Assembly: GCA_000165345.1 (NCBI GenBank)
Contig: CM000433.1
Coordinates: 736,001-800,000 of the forward strand
Direction of reading: 5' to 3'
DNA: 64,000 nucleotides
Numbering within the stretch: position 1 is the stretch's first letter; the number at the start of each line of letters is the position of its first letter. Below are positions 9,520-19,916 of this stretch, one piece after another. The notes under the pieces are model-generated. The model saw only the letters and a program-made list of their open reading frames with translations. It was not told the origin of the DNA and made no database searches. The position numbers and the translations under genes were made by a program.

Positions 9520-12500
9520 ATGTTCAGTTTGGTGTTAAAACTTTTTGTGTTGCTTTTAATGCACACACTAGTATCTTGTGAAAAATTTGAAGAACTTATA
9601 AAACCATTGAAGAAACAAGTTTTTGAACAAGTTGAGTTTCCAAATACTATTTGGGAATCTTTAACAATAGAAGAGGAAAAAGAATATAAAGAGATTTACG
9701 ATAATATAATTCTAGAGAAGCAAGTAGAATATAATATAATAATACGAGAATTTGAAGAATCTTTGGCAAATTATAAGGTAGAACAAGGAGAATTAGACAC
9801 AATATTAAGAAGTTTATCTAATTCAATTGATAAATTGGGGGGTTTAAACAAAGAAAATCAAATTCAGGAAATATTAGGAGGAAAAGGTATTGTTGAATTT
9901 TCTAAGTTGAATAGAAACCTTGAATTTGGCAAGGACTTGTTAGAAAAAGAATTGTTAATAAACAAAAATTCTATTGAAAATTCAGGCAATGAGATATTTA
10001 CTAATCTAAGGCAACCTGTGGATAATTTAGTACAAAAAGTTACAAATATAAGTAGTAATACAGAAAAATATCTTAAAGCCTTACAACTATTGAATGTATA
10101 TAGAGAAAGAAGTCACGAAATTTATAATTTAGAACAACTCATTTCAAAAAATACAGTTTCAATAGGTTTATTGGTAAGTGGTTGGACATATATATTAAGT
10201 GAAATTGAAACACTTATTAAAGATCAACTACAACCTCTTATTGATGTAAAGAATGAGAAGTTAACTTCAGGTCATGACATGTTGAAAAAGCTGGAACTTA
10301 TTAATTCCATAATAGATAGTACAATTTTGATAAAATATGGAAAGTTAGAAAATGAGAAAATTGATGAAAAAGGTGGAAATGAAAGTTTAATCAAGGAAAT
10401 TAAAATTAAGAATTTAGATATGGAAAAAATTTCAATTACTGATCAATTAATTAAGTGGAGACTTGAATTGATTCCATCTATTTTAAACATATTTCAAAGT
10501 CCACTATCTAAATTATTGATAGAAATCAATAAGTATATGATGGATGCCAACTTGTTAGATGGATTTGATCAAATCAACGAAAGGATTCAAGAAACAAATG
10601 AAGCTCATAATGAATTAAATCAAATTAAATCAAAAATTGACTCAATTTGGTTTAGTTTAAAGTATTTAAGCAAAGATGATGTTTTGGTTAAGAAAAATGA
10701 AAAAATAAAAAGTGTTACAGATTACGATGATGTCTATGATGAAAATAACCAAAAAATTTCACTATTGTTCAATCACTTAATTGAAGAGAAAAATCAAATT
10801 GAATCATTGTCTAGAAATTCAACATTTAGTGAAAATCATCAGATTTTTTTGGCCTTAAATACTTTAAAATGTTTGTCAGAATATTATCAAATATCAAAAG
10901 AAAATGATTTAAATGTTTTATTTACTTATTCAAAAATTAACCAAGAATGTGTGGGATTCTTTTTGAACAAGATCAATTCATATAATATAGAGGAAAATAA
11001 GGAGTTTATTAGCATTGGACAAATAAAGGATCCTGCCACAAGATTTGAAAATATAATTTTTCATTATATTTCCATAATATTCCCAAATTCAGAAGAAAAA
11101 GATGAAAATTCCTTTAATAATTATCCAATATCTGAATTAATGCAAGAACTTGAGTTAAGTTATAGTCATATAGATGTTAATGAAACAGAAAGTTTTGATT
11201 TGAGAAAAAATAATCGATTAAACAATATTAATGAAAAAATGGTTAAATATAATGATTATATTTTTGATTTTAAGAAAAATCTTGAGGGGATTAAGAAAAC
11301 AACATCATTGGAGAGTTTTGAAATCTTGAGACATTATTTATCTGATTTAACTAAAATATTTGAAGATCATGTAAAAGAATCCATAGGAAATAAGGATGAT
11401 GCATCTATTCTATTTGATCAATTATTAAAAGAATTTACAGTAATGTTGGAGGAATTATCAGAAAAAGAACTTAATAATGATCACTTAAAAGTCTCAATAA
11501 GTAAAAGATTTGAAGATATCCAATTCTTATTCAATGATTTTATTGCTAGAATCAACTTAGAATTTCAAAGATCAAATCGACTAAATTCTAAAGAGTTTGT
11601 TGATAATACTCAAACAAGTTTGGAAGAAATCGATGTTGAAATTAGAATATTTAATGAAGAACTAGCTCAAGTGAACGAATTTATGTACAAGAAACATTTA
11701 AATAATATTTTATCTCTTTCAACTTATGTATATACGTCAAAGTTATTATTAAATCCTGTAACTAATTTAAAGGATGAAAATAAACTAACTGGAGAATATT
11801 TCCCCGATCAATTTACTGATTTATTTAGAGAAAAGTATAGATATATCTTAAATTATTTAGGATACTATTATAAAATTTATCAAGATTTTAAAGAAAAGAA
11901 GAAAATCATTTTGGATAGAGAAAATCAAATCAATAATAAACTTTCGAATATAGAGTCTGAATTAATGAAAAGATCCAATATAACTACAATTAATTCATCT
12001 ATAATGCATAAAATTCAAAGACAACGTAAAATTGCAGAAAAAATACTTGCTGGTTATTTAATGCTAACAATTACATTATATCATTCAAGATCTGAGGATA
12101 TTAAAAATACAATAACTGCTTTAAATCATTCTATTTCTAATTTTGATCATCAAATTTCAGTCTTTCAAAAACAAAATAAACTTGATGGTAAAATTGGATT
12201 TAAAAGTGTAATCAAGAATATCTTAAGGTCAAGAAAATACTTAAAACTTCGAAAGTATTATAAAAGAATGAAAAAGTTTCAAAGCTATTTGTCTCATAAA
12301 AAGCAACAAATTTCTGAATTTTTAAAATTCTCAGAAAGTACATTAAATAGTTTAAATCAAGAATTAATAAAGATTGTCGATCAATATTTATGTAGAAAAA
12401 AAGGGGTGGAAAATGATTTAGAGTATTTTTATAATGAAAGAAATGATAATAATGAAAATATTGAACCAATACAAATTATTATGGGAGATTTGTACAATAT

Positions 12501-13296
12501 TTTCTCCAGAATAGGGAGGTTGGAATATTATCATTCTCCAAAATATTTGATGTCAAATTCTAAGCTTCTTGGTGAGGTATTGAAACAATATCGACAAATT
12601 AGTCATGAAATTAATCTATATCAAAAAAAATCGCAAAAAATATTTATTACTCAAGAAAAGACTTTAAATAATGCTTACAAATTAATCAGAATTGCAATTC
12701 CTGCATCATATATGATTAGTAAATATAACAAATTCCCTAAAGAATATCAAAGATTTACATTTAAAACAGGAAAATTAGATATTATTGGAGATGAACCAAA
12801 GCATATTAATATAAGAGGATGGGATTTAAAAAAAGGAAAAAAAAGTTTAGCTTTGGAAAATGAGTTAATAATTGAAAGAAAATATATAAAAAATGATCAA
12901 GAATTTTATGAAATAAAGAAACAAGTTGAAAAACAATTAAAAGAATACTCACTGCTTCCTGATCAAAAGATTAAAGATAAAATTGATACAAAAACTTTAA
13001 TTTTTTTTATTCCAGATGATTTAGTTGACCAAATGATATTTGAAATTGAAAGAAATCAAATAGCTTTAAGACAAGGTTATAATTCAAAACTTGATAAAGC
13101 TTCTATACAAACTTTAATGAATAACTATGTACATGAATTATTAAAGAGAAGAAAATCTCTATATAGTCAGCTTTCTTCAAAACCATTTATTACAAAACAA
13201 GCACAATGTTCAATTAAAGATGATAAAGAGATGGAAAATATTATTTCTTCTATTGAAGAAAAGAAAGAAAGAGAAAAATCCAACTCAATTCTCTAG
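9520..13296 (+). CDS. Secreted, coiled-coil-rich K/E/N/I-rich protein (1258 aa) with no recognised domain. Hypothetical.
   Basis: Uninterrupted 3.8-kb ORF. The N-terminal signal-peptide-like segment is MFSLVLKLFVLLLMHTLVSC. The remainder has heptad-like low-complexity composition. Confidence 0.7.
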   Translation: MFSLVLKLFVLLLMHTLVSCEKFEELIKPLKKQVFEQVEFPNTIWESLTIEEEKEYKEIYDNIILEKQVEYNIIIREFEESLANYKVEQGELDTILRSLSNSIDKLGGLNKENQIQEILGGKGIVEFSKLNRNLEFGKDLLEKELLINKNSIENSGNEIFTNLRQPVDNLVQKVTNISSNTEKYLKALQLLNVYRERSHEIYNLEQLISKNTVSIGLLVSGWTYILSEIETLIKDQLQPLIDVKNEKLTSGHDMLKKLELINSIIDSTILIKYGKLENEKIDEKGGNESLIKEIKIKNLDMEKISITDQLIKWRLELIPSILNIFQSPLSKLLIEINKYMMDANLLDGFDQINERIQETNEAHNELNQIKSKIDSIWFSLKYLSKDDVLVKKNEKIKSVTDYDDVYDENNQKISLLFNHLIEEKNQIESLSRNSTFSENHQIFLALNTLKCLSEYYQISKENDLNVLFTYSKINQECVGFFLNKINSYNIEENKEFISIGQIKDPATRFENIIFHYISIIFPNSEEKDENSFNNYPISELMQELELSYSHIDVNETESFDLRKNNRLNNINEKMVKYNDYIFDFKKNLEGIKKTTSLESFEILRHYLSDLTKIFEDHVKESIGNKDDASILFDQLLKEFTVMLEELSEKELNNDHLKVSISKRFEDIQFLFNDFIARINLEFQRSNRLNSKEFVDNTQTSLEEIDVEIRIFNEELAQVNEFMYKKHLNNILSLSTYVYTSKLLLNPVTNLKDENKLTGEYFPDQFTDLFREKYRYILNYLGYYYKIYQDFKEKKKIILDRENQINNKLSNIESELMKRSNITTINSSIMHKIQRQRKIAEKILAGYLMLTITLYHSRSEDIKNTITALNHSISNFDHQISVFQKQNKLDGKIGFKSVIKNILRSRKYLKLRKYYKRMKKFQSYLSHKKQQISEFLKFSESTLNSLNQELIKIVDQYLCRKKGVENDLEYFYNERNDNNENIEPIQIIMGDLYNIFSRIGRLEYYHSPKYLMSNSKLLGEVLKQYRQISHEINLYQKKSQKIFITQEKTLNNAYKLIRIAIPASYMISKYNKFPKEYQRFTFKTGKLDIIGDEPKHINIRGWDLKKGKKSLALENELIIERKYIKNDQEFYEIKKQVEKQLKEYSLLPDQKIKDKIDTKTLIFFIPDDLVDQMIFEIERNQIALRQGYNSKLDKASIQTLMNNYVHELLKRRKSLYSQLSSKPFITKQAQCSIKDDKEMENIISSIEEKKEREKSNSIL

Positions 13297-14125
13297 TTTA
13301 ATGGTCTAACTTTTTTTCAAATAAAAATTATATATTTATATAAAGTGTTACGATAATTAACAGTAATAGTACAGTACTTGAATAAATAGTGGATATGAAA
13401 GAAGTTTAATCAAAAACTAATTTGAATTTTTATAATATTAAAATACAAGTCAATTCTATCAATAAAAATTCATCAAAAATAGTATTTAAGATAAATCTAT
13501 TGCACACACACAAACACACGCAAAAAAGTGGGATTTAAAAGAAGTTTTTGAGACAAAAAGTCCAGTGTAATCTCTAAGATCAATAATATAAGTAATATAT
13601 TTATATATTTTGTAAGTATTGGGAAAAATAATAAGATATAAAAAGTTATTTATTCTATTACTTCAACTAAGATAATAATCATAATAATAACAGTAATATC
13701 AATACTTAATTTCCGTTTATATTAAGAAAAATTTACTCAATTAAGCCATAAATAATGAGTTTCTAATGGAGAGAGAGGGGGGGCATAAATTAATGTAATA
13801 TCAGAAGTGGCGCGCAAGTTGTGATCTAATAGAAAATAAATTCCCCTCTGAAACATTTATTTTGTTATTGGGTAAAATAAAAGTAATAATTGTACAGGGT
13901 TTGATAAATTAGCAGAGGAAAGAGTTGGATTTATTTTTCAAAAAAATACAAGTAGTTTTTTTTTGGTATAAACGATTATAGTGTAGTTAAAAACGACACT
14001 ATAGAAATTAATTACAAAGATAAAGTTGCCCCCAACCAATTACACTAACTGTAAAAAGAAAATTGAATTAATTCCAAAAAAAAATTTAGGAAATAAGAAA
14101 TAATAAGTGGGGAAGGGAAAAAAAA

Positions 14126-15058
14126 ATGTTAAAGGTTTCTCAGCTAAGAAATAATAAAGGTGGAGTTATGAGTTTGGGAGGAGAGACAGAACAACAGAGA
14201 TTTGATTCAACAAATATTATGGAAGAAAGTAAAAAGAATTCTTCTAGAGTCATAGTAAACTCTGGTTCAGCTGTAGGAATCAAGTATAAAGATGGCATTA
14301 TGCTAATTTCAAGCCCTTTATTATGTTATGGATCAATGAAGATGAATTCTGATATTTCAAGGTTCCATGTAATTGGATCAGGAATGATTGATTTATATGA
14401 TGAAAGACAAAAACTTAAAAGCAAAGATGAGGATATGAGTTCCGTTAATACTGATAAAAGACCATTGGTCAGAAAATTGACAGAAGTAGATGAAGATGCA
14501 AAAGTAAGATTTTATGAAGGAAAGCTTTCAGTAATAGTATCAACTGGGGAATTTAGTGATTTTCAAAACATTATTGAAAGAGTTGAAGAAAAAGCAGCTG
14601 AGGACTTTTTTGAAGGAAATTTCAAATCTGCCAAGGAGTATAGTGGATATATTTCAGCAGTTCATTATCAAAGAAGAAATAAGATGGATCCTTTATTGAA
14701 TGATATAATAGTTGCAGGACTGCGAAAAGATGGAAGTAAAGAAATTTATTCAGTGGATCCATTAGGTACTAGATTTGATGAAGACTTTATTGCTAGTGGA
14801 ATGGCTGAGTATCTTGCAATTACATTACTTAGAGATAAATATAAGCCAGATATGAGCTTTGATGAAGCAAAATTGATCTTGGAAGATTGCATGAAAAACT
14901 CATTTTATATTGAATGCAAAGGAGCTAGAATGGTTCAGATTGCCACAATTAATCAAGATGGTACCAGAATTTACCCAAAGTATCCTCTTGATGTTACTTG
15001 GAGGCATGATCTTTTTGTCAAATCTAACTTGGATAGAAAAGACTATGTTGGATTTTAA
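14126..15058 (+). CDS. PSMB4: Proteasome beta-type subunit (beta-7/PSMB4-like, non-catalytic) with an N-terminal extension and an internal insertion.
   Basis: SGSAVGIKYKDGIMLISSPLLCYGSMKMNSDISRFHVI...GSGMIDLYDE, YISAVHYQRRNKMDPLLNDIIVAGLRKDGSKEIYSVDPLGTRFDEDFIASGMAEYLAITLLRD and ARMVQIATINQDGTRI. These align by eye with the PSMB4/Pre4 blocks LGSYGSLARFRNISRI, SRRSKMNPLWNTMVIGG and RFQIATVTEKGVEI. Confidence 0.7.
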   Translation: MLKVSQLRNNKGGVMSLGGETEQQRFDSTNIMEESKKNSSRVIVNSGSAVGIKYKDGIMLISSPLLCYGSMKMNSDISRFHVIGSGMIDLYDERQKLKSKDEDMSSVNTDKRPLVRKLTEVDEDAKVRFYEGKLSVIVSTGEFSDFQNIIERVEEKAAEDFFEGNFKSAKEYSGYISAVHYQRRNKMDPLLNDIIVAGLRKDGSKEIYSVDPLGTRFDEDFIASGMAEYLAITLLRDKYKPDMSFDEAKLILEDCMKNSFYIECKGARMVQIATINQDGTRIYPKYPLDVTWRHDLFVKSNLDRKDYVGF

Positions 15059-15300
15059 GATGTAAGCCAAAGATCAAATGAATACTTCAAGTTAATGTGA
15101 ATGCCATGTTTCCTTATTTTCTATAATATAAATGTATGTATACATATTACATATTCAGTCATTATTTTACAGAAAAGAGAATATATCATGTACCACTAAT
15201 TGGCAGATAGAGGTTTTCTAGCTGTCGCCAATTCTACTACTTTGAATTTTAAAGATGATAATTCATTCTCTCATCCTAGTAAACACAGACAACTATATAT

Positions 15301-15380
15301 ATAGTCATTGGAAATGGGAGAGAGTATGGATGGATTAGATGGATAGATAAGAGAAAAAAGAAAGGTGGAAGAGAGAGATT
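15301..15380. repeat. GA-rich (homopurine on the plus strand) tract in the convergent 3' intergenic region between the proteasome subunit and SOD genes.
   Basis: gaaatgggagagagtatggatggattagatggatagataagagaaaaaagaaaggtggaagagagagatt. Confidence 0.5.
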
Positions 15381-15511
15381 CCTTTGATACTTTAGATTAA
15401 ATAGCATAGGATTAAACTTTTACTTTACACTAGGAAAGTATTCCTTTTACAAAATTAAAATGCTTGAAAGTTTGTACATTTTCTTTCTACTTGTTTCTAC
15501 TTCGTATGAAA

Positions 15512-16177
15512 TCAACTTAAATTTGATTCCACAAAGTCCCAGTTGATAATACTGAAGAATTGATCGACATAAGAACCTCTGTTGTTCCTATAATCTATGT
15601 AATAAGCATGTTCCCATACATCACAGGTTAGAACTGGTTTTCCAAGTCCGAGCTTCTCAGGATTGTCACCATCATGAGTTTGGACAATTTTAAGTTTTTG
15701 ATTGTTAATTGGGTCAATAACTACCCAAATCCAACCTGATCCAAAATGACCAGTTGCATTAGCGGTAAATGACTCCTTGAATGACTCAAAACTTCCAAAG
15801 GACTCTTCAATTAACTTTGAAACCTTTGAAGTTGGCTTATTAGTTTCTGATGGAGACCTTAAACAGCTCCAGTAGAATGTATGATTCCAAATCTGGGATG
15901 CATTGTTGTAGATTGGGCCAGAACTCTTCATTATTACTTTCATTAAGTCTGTTTCATTTTCAAATTCTGTAGATTTTATTAATGAATTCAACTTTGTAAC
16001 ATATCCTGCATGATGCTTGCCATAATGATAGTCTAATGTCTCAGGTGAAATAACAGGCTCTAGAGCCTTCTTGTCATATGGAAGAGGTGGCAATTCAAAC
16101 GGCATCCCTGAGAATAATCTACAAAATTTGTTAACTAACTTTTTAGAGTTATTATTAAATATAAATCTGATTGACAT
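15512..16177 (-). CDS. Iron (Fe/Mn-family) superoxide dismutase with a roughly 24-aa N-terminal extension before the conserved start.
   Basis: [38 protein letters not shown]...WNHTFYW...GSGWIWVV...[22 protein letters not shown]. These are the Fe/Mn-SOD signatures, including the metal ligands H, H, D and H. The upstream in-frame Met at 16177 adds [24 protein letters not shown] before MPFELPPL. Confidence 0.93.
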
Positions 16178-16981
16178 CTACGCCATGTGCGTTCGAAACT
16201 TGTTGGGGGGCGCACATTCTCGAAACAGAGGGGGCTTATGAATAGTCTCACCATTGAATTTTTTTTTTCTTTCAGATGTCTCCGAGAATTCCCGGCTAAT
16301 TCTAATTCAATTAAGTTAAGTTCAAATAAATTTGAGAACTTTAACTTCAATTATCACTGAATTTGAAAGCTTTTTTTTCACTCTAATCAAGAACACAACT
16401 ACCGATATAATTTATTACCGCTGGGGCTGATTTTCTCCTATTTTTAAAAACAGAAATACAAATTAAATTTGGGATTTCCGACGCTGAAAGTTCTATTTAT
16501 TTATTGAAATCTTAATTTTCTACATGAAAAAGACTACACACTTTACTGGGGAGAATATTATTATCCTAAATCTTGAAAATTTTGCTACTTTGTTATTTTT
16601 TTCAACTTCATTTTTCCTTTTGATTCCATTATTTGAATACTTATTTCTTTACTTTAATCACTAATTTCCAAATAAACTCTGACAATTACATTACACTTCA
16701 CTTTATTGTTGGCTGCTTTGCCTCAAATAATAAGATTCATCCATTATTTGATTTAATATCCATTTCTAGAAATATCTCATATTCTCAATACAACTCTGAT
16801 AACACCATTTTTTTTTTTTTTTACTTCTTTTCATTTTCTCATTCCTTCCCTCAGTAATATCATATTCTTTCTCTTAATTCAAACAAACTTATTTGTTTTT
16901 TAGAACAAATGTTATTTTTTCACACTTGATCATAATTTTCTTTCTTATTTACTATTCACATGTATGGTGCTAGTATCGACA

Positions 16982-17054
16982 GCCCCCTTAGCTTAGTTGG
17001 TAGAGCATTCGCTTAGTAAGCGAAAGGTCCCGGGTTCGATTCCCGTAGGTGGCT
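16982..17054 (+). tRNA. tRNA-Thr(AGU): tRNA-Thr (anticodon AGU), 73 nt, no intron.
   Basis: Manual cloverleaf: acceptor GCCCCCT/AGGTGGC, D-arm GCTT-AGTTGGTA-GAGC, anticodon arm TTCGC-TTAGTAA-GCGAA (anticodon AGT at 34-36), variable loop AGGTC, T-arm CCGGG-TTCGATT-CCCGT with the GGTTCGATTCC T-loop consensus. Two C.U mismatches remain (4-69 and 49-65). Confidence 0.7.
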
Positions 17055-17108
17055 CTCTTTTTACTGCGCACAAAAAAACATTTTTATTTCATGTTATTGA
17101 ATATGAAG

Positions 17109-19266
17109 TTAGAAATACAATTTATTTTGAATATGAATGTTACCATTTACATGATCATTATGATTGATTTCATTATTAAAACTATCTTCATCATCAAGTT
17201 CTGCGTGATCAGTATTATTATCTACATCTGTTTCTGCATCAGTTTCCATTTCTACTCCTTCAGCTTGTTCATTGAATATTGGAGGAATTTTATAGCATTC
17301 AGAATTGAAAATTTCCTGGGAACTAATATTATCGTTCTTAACACTTTTTTCAATACGTTTCTTTTCCATTCTCAAAAGGTCTAAATTTAAATAATAGAAT
17401 TGATGTAATATTTCAATGCACCATAAAAATTTATTCCTTGTATGAATCCCTGATATCGGGTCAAAAAAGTTATTATTTGTGACAATTCTACCATTAATCT
17501 GATTATTTTCTGAATCAAAAGTATCAGTACTTGAATATGTTGTACTAGTACTAGTAGTTGTCATACCACTAGTTTTTATTTGTTGATTAAATGAATTATT
17601 AATGTCAAAACCATTATTTAGTCCAAAATCTATTCCTAAATCCATTCCAAAAATATTATTATTATTGTAATTATATGATTCTCCAGTATTATATGTCTTA
17701 AATGATTTTTCTTCTGTTTTACATAAATAATGACTATTCGGAATTTTGTTGATTGCCAAGAAAGTTTTATCTACATATTCATGAAATATTTGTGGAGTTT
17801 TAAATAATGCATATTGGCTCATTAATTCTTCTGGATCTTTAAATTTATCGCTTGAATCATTTAAGAAATTATAATTAATCCAAAAATCATCTTTAATATA
17901 GCTTTTTATTTGTTTTTCAAATTGTTCTTTATGCTTTCCTTTATAATTAATAGCAAGTATATGTATCATAAATCTACATTTTTTACTTTTGAGTATTATT
18001 TCTGGTATTAATGAAGTTTCATTATCCAAATTATTGTTGTTATGTTTGTATTTGAGTAGGAAAATATATTTGGGTTTAATTGGAGGTATCATTTTTTCAC
18101 CTCGAGGATAGCTTAAGTAATATTTATACCATAACAACTTTGTAAAAAAAAGGAAATGTAATTTATATTAATTATATTTAAAAAAAAATATTAAAGAATT
18201 TAAAACTTACCTGTTCCTCATATGGTTGATAATTAATTTTCCAGGGTTTATCAGGACCAGCAAAATGTACAATTTTGTGTCTCATAGTATCTTTCCAATC
18301 ATCTCTTCCTGCCCAAAAATTATAGTCCATTGGCAATTCATCATAAGTACCATTACAATAAATATTTAAAGCGATCTGATCATTAATTCCCCATTTCTGA
18401 ACCAATGATAATGTATTATTCACAAAATTATTTTCTCTCAACTTTTTTAAACTCAATAACAGTACTCCAGCATTAAATGATCTACTTGCTTTGTATTGAA
18501 GGTGATCTATTAGCTCATCTTTTTTTAACCAGTCATTAATAATGTTTGAATTAGTCGAAGATCTTGCTACTATACCACACTCACTCTTTATTTCTGTCTT
18601 GAATAGTTGCCTAAAATATTTTGATTTATTAAAAAAAACAAAAATATATATTAGTTAATTCAATTTTGTTAATATAATTTTTTTAAAATTAATCCTCTCA
18701 AGTTATACATTTAAGTATAGAGAAAACCACATTCTATTTTTATTAGAAACTTACCTTAATGAATGGTTTACGATTGCATCAGTATCCACATATAAAATCT
18801 TATCAATTCTTTTGTCTATCATTTCTGGTAATAAAAGTCTGCACATTGTTGCCTCAGAAACATGCTTTAAAGTCTGTTTGTACTTGATTTTATATGTAAA
18901 AGGATAAAATATTAAAGTTAATTTTTCAGAAAACCCAAGTTCATCATTCAACTTTGACAGCATAGAATAATCACTTGGTGTTACATCCGGCATTGCTATT
19001 ATATGTACATTTGCATATTCTCCCAGACCTAAATTACTATAGATTGAATTGAGCAATGTTGGAAATAATGGAAAAACTTGTTTATCTGATGAAAAAGTTA
19101 TTTCATATTTTACTCTCAAAGAGTCATTCATTGACTTGAATATTGAACTATTTTTTCTGTGAAATATTTTAACACTCGAAATTCCCATTATAAAAGGTAC
19201 TGTAATACATATTATTGCTGAAAATATCACTATTACCAGTGATATTTTCTGCTTCAATGTTGCCAT
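17109..19266 (-). CDS. GT8-family glycosyltransferase (glycogenin/LPS-glycosyltransferase-like) in three exons: 19266..18755, 18610..18211 and 18137..17109. The introns are 144 and 73 nt. Signal-anchor N-terminus and a long N-rich C-terminal extension.
   Basis: Exon 1 carries an N-terminal TM segment and the DXD-region YVDTDAIV. Exon 2 carries NAGVLLLSLKKLREN and HFAGPDKPWK, both GT8 hallmarks. Donors AG|GTAAGT at 18754 and CAG|GTAAGT at 18210, with acceptors TTTTAG ending 18611 and ACAAAG ending 18138, restore frame between the three ORF-track fragments. Each fragment otherwise lacks a start or ends in the GTAAGT-encoded stop. Confidence 0.8.
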
Positions 19267-19330
19267 TTTTTATTTATTCTTCTTTTTCTTCTTCTAATTC
19301 TTCTGTTATAAAAGCTTGTTGTTCTCTTAG

Positions 19331-19380
19331 GCTACTACTAATACTACTACTAACTCTAATATCACTACTAAAACTACTAA
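19331..19380. repeat. Imperfect ACTACTA(A/T) mini-repeat in the 5' flank of the glycosyltransferase gene.
   Basis: gctactactaatactactactaactctaatatcactactaaaactactaa. Confidence 0.5.
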
Positions 19381-19663
19381 TTTTTGACCTTTAAATTATT
19401 TTTGTCCACATTACTATTATTAATCAAATATTACTTGATAAATAAGCTTGATTTTTTTTTAAATTGGAAGTTGAAATTATTATCCTTCAAATTTCAATAA
19501 TTTTTTTCTTCTTAGATTTAAACTTCTTTTTTATTAAAATATCTCAATTTAATTTATTCTCAAGTCTTGTGTGGATATCAAATAATTAAAGTTTAATACT
19601 TGGATTGCTCAGTTCTTCAATTATCTCTTGACTATTTAATTTTAAAGTTACTTATTGTATTAT

Positions 19664-19707
19664 TTTTAAAAATATTATTATTTTTAAAAATAATAATATT
19701 TTTAAAA
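19664..19707. repeat. Perfect 44-nt AT-only palindrome in the divergent intergenic region between the glycosyltransferase gene and the small Tim gene.
   Basis: TTTTAAAAATATTATTATTTTTAAAAATAATAATATTTTTAAAA. The two halves 19664-19685 and 19686-19707 are exact reverse complements. Confidence 0.85.
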
Positions 19708-19746
19708 TTCTTAGTAATTTTTTTTTTGCTGTCAAACAAAAACAGC

Positions 19747-19774
19747 TTTTGCATGCACCTGCCCTCATGCAAAC
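19747..19774. promoter_or_regulatory. TGCATGCA ... TCATGCAAAC pair about 145 nt upstream of the small Tim ATG.
   Basis: ttttgcatgcacctgccctcatgcaaac. Confidence 0.35.
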
Positions 19775-19916
19775 ATTTTTTTTAATTACACTTACGTGTC
19801 TTTTTTAATGGACACCGGTATTATGCATTGTGGCAGGAAAAAAAATAAAATAAAAATTAATAATAAAACTAATATATGAATATTTTGTAAATATTTTTTT
19901 TTATTTAAGAAAAAAT

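Noticed and set aside
17049-17384. 111-aa plus ORF beginning inside the tRNA-Thr 3' end
   Set aside because: It overlaps the tRNA and runs antisense through the glycosyltransferase exon 3. Its poly-Ile/Phe composition is typical of antisense AT-rich reading.
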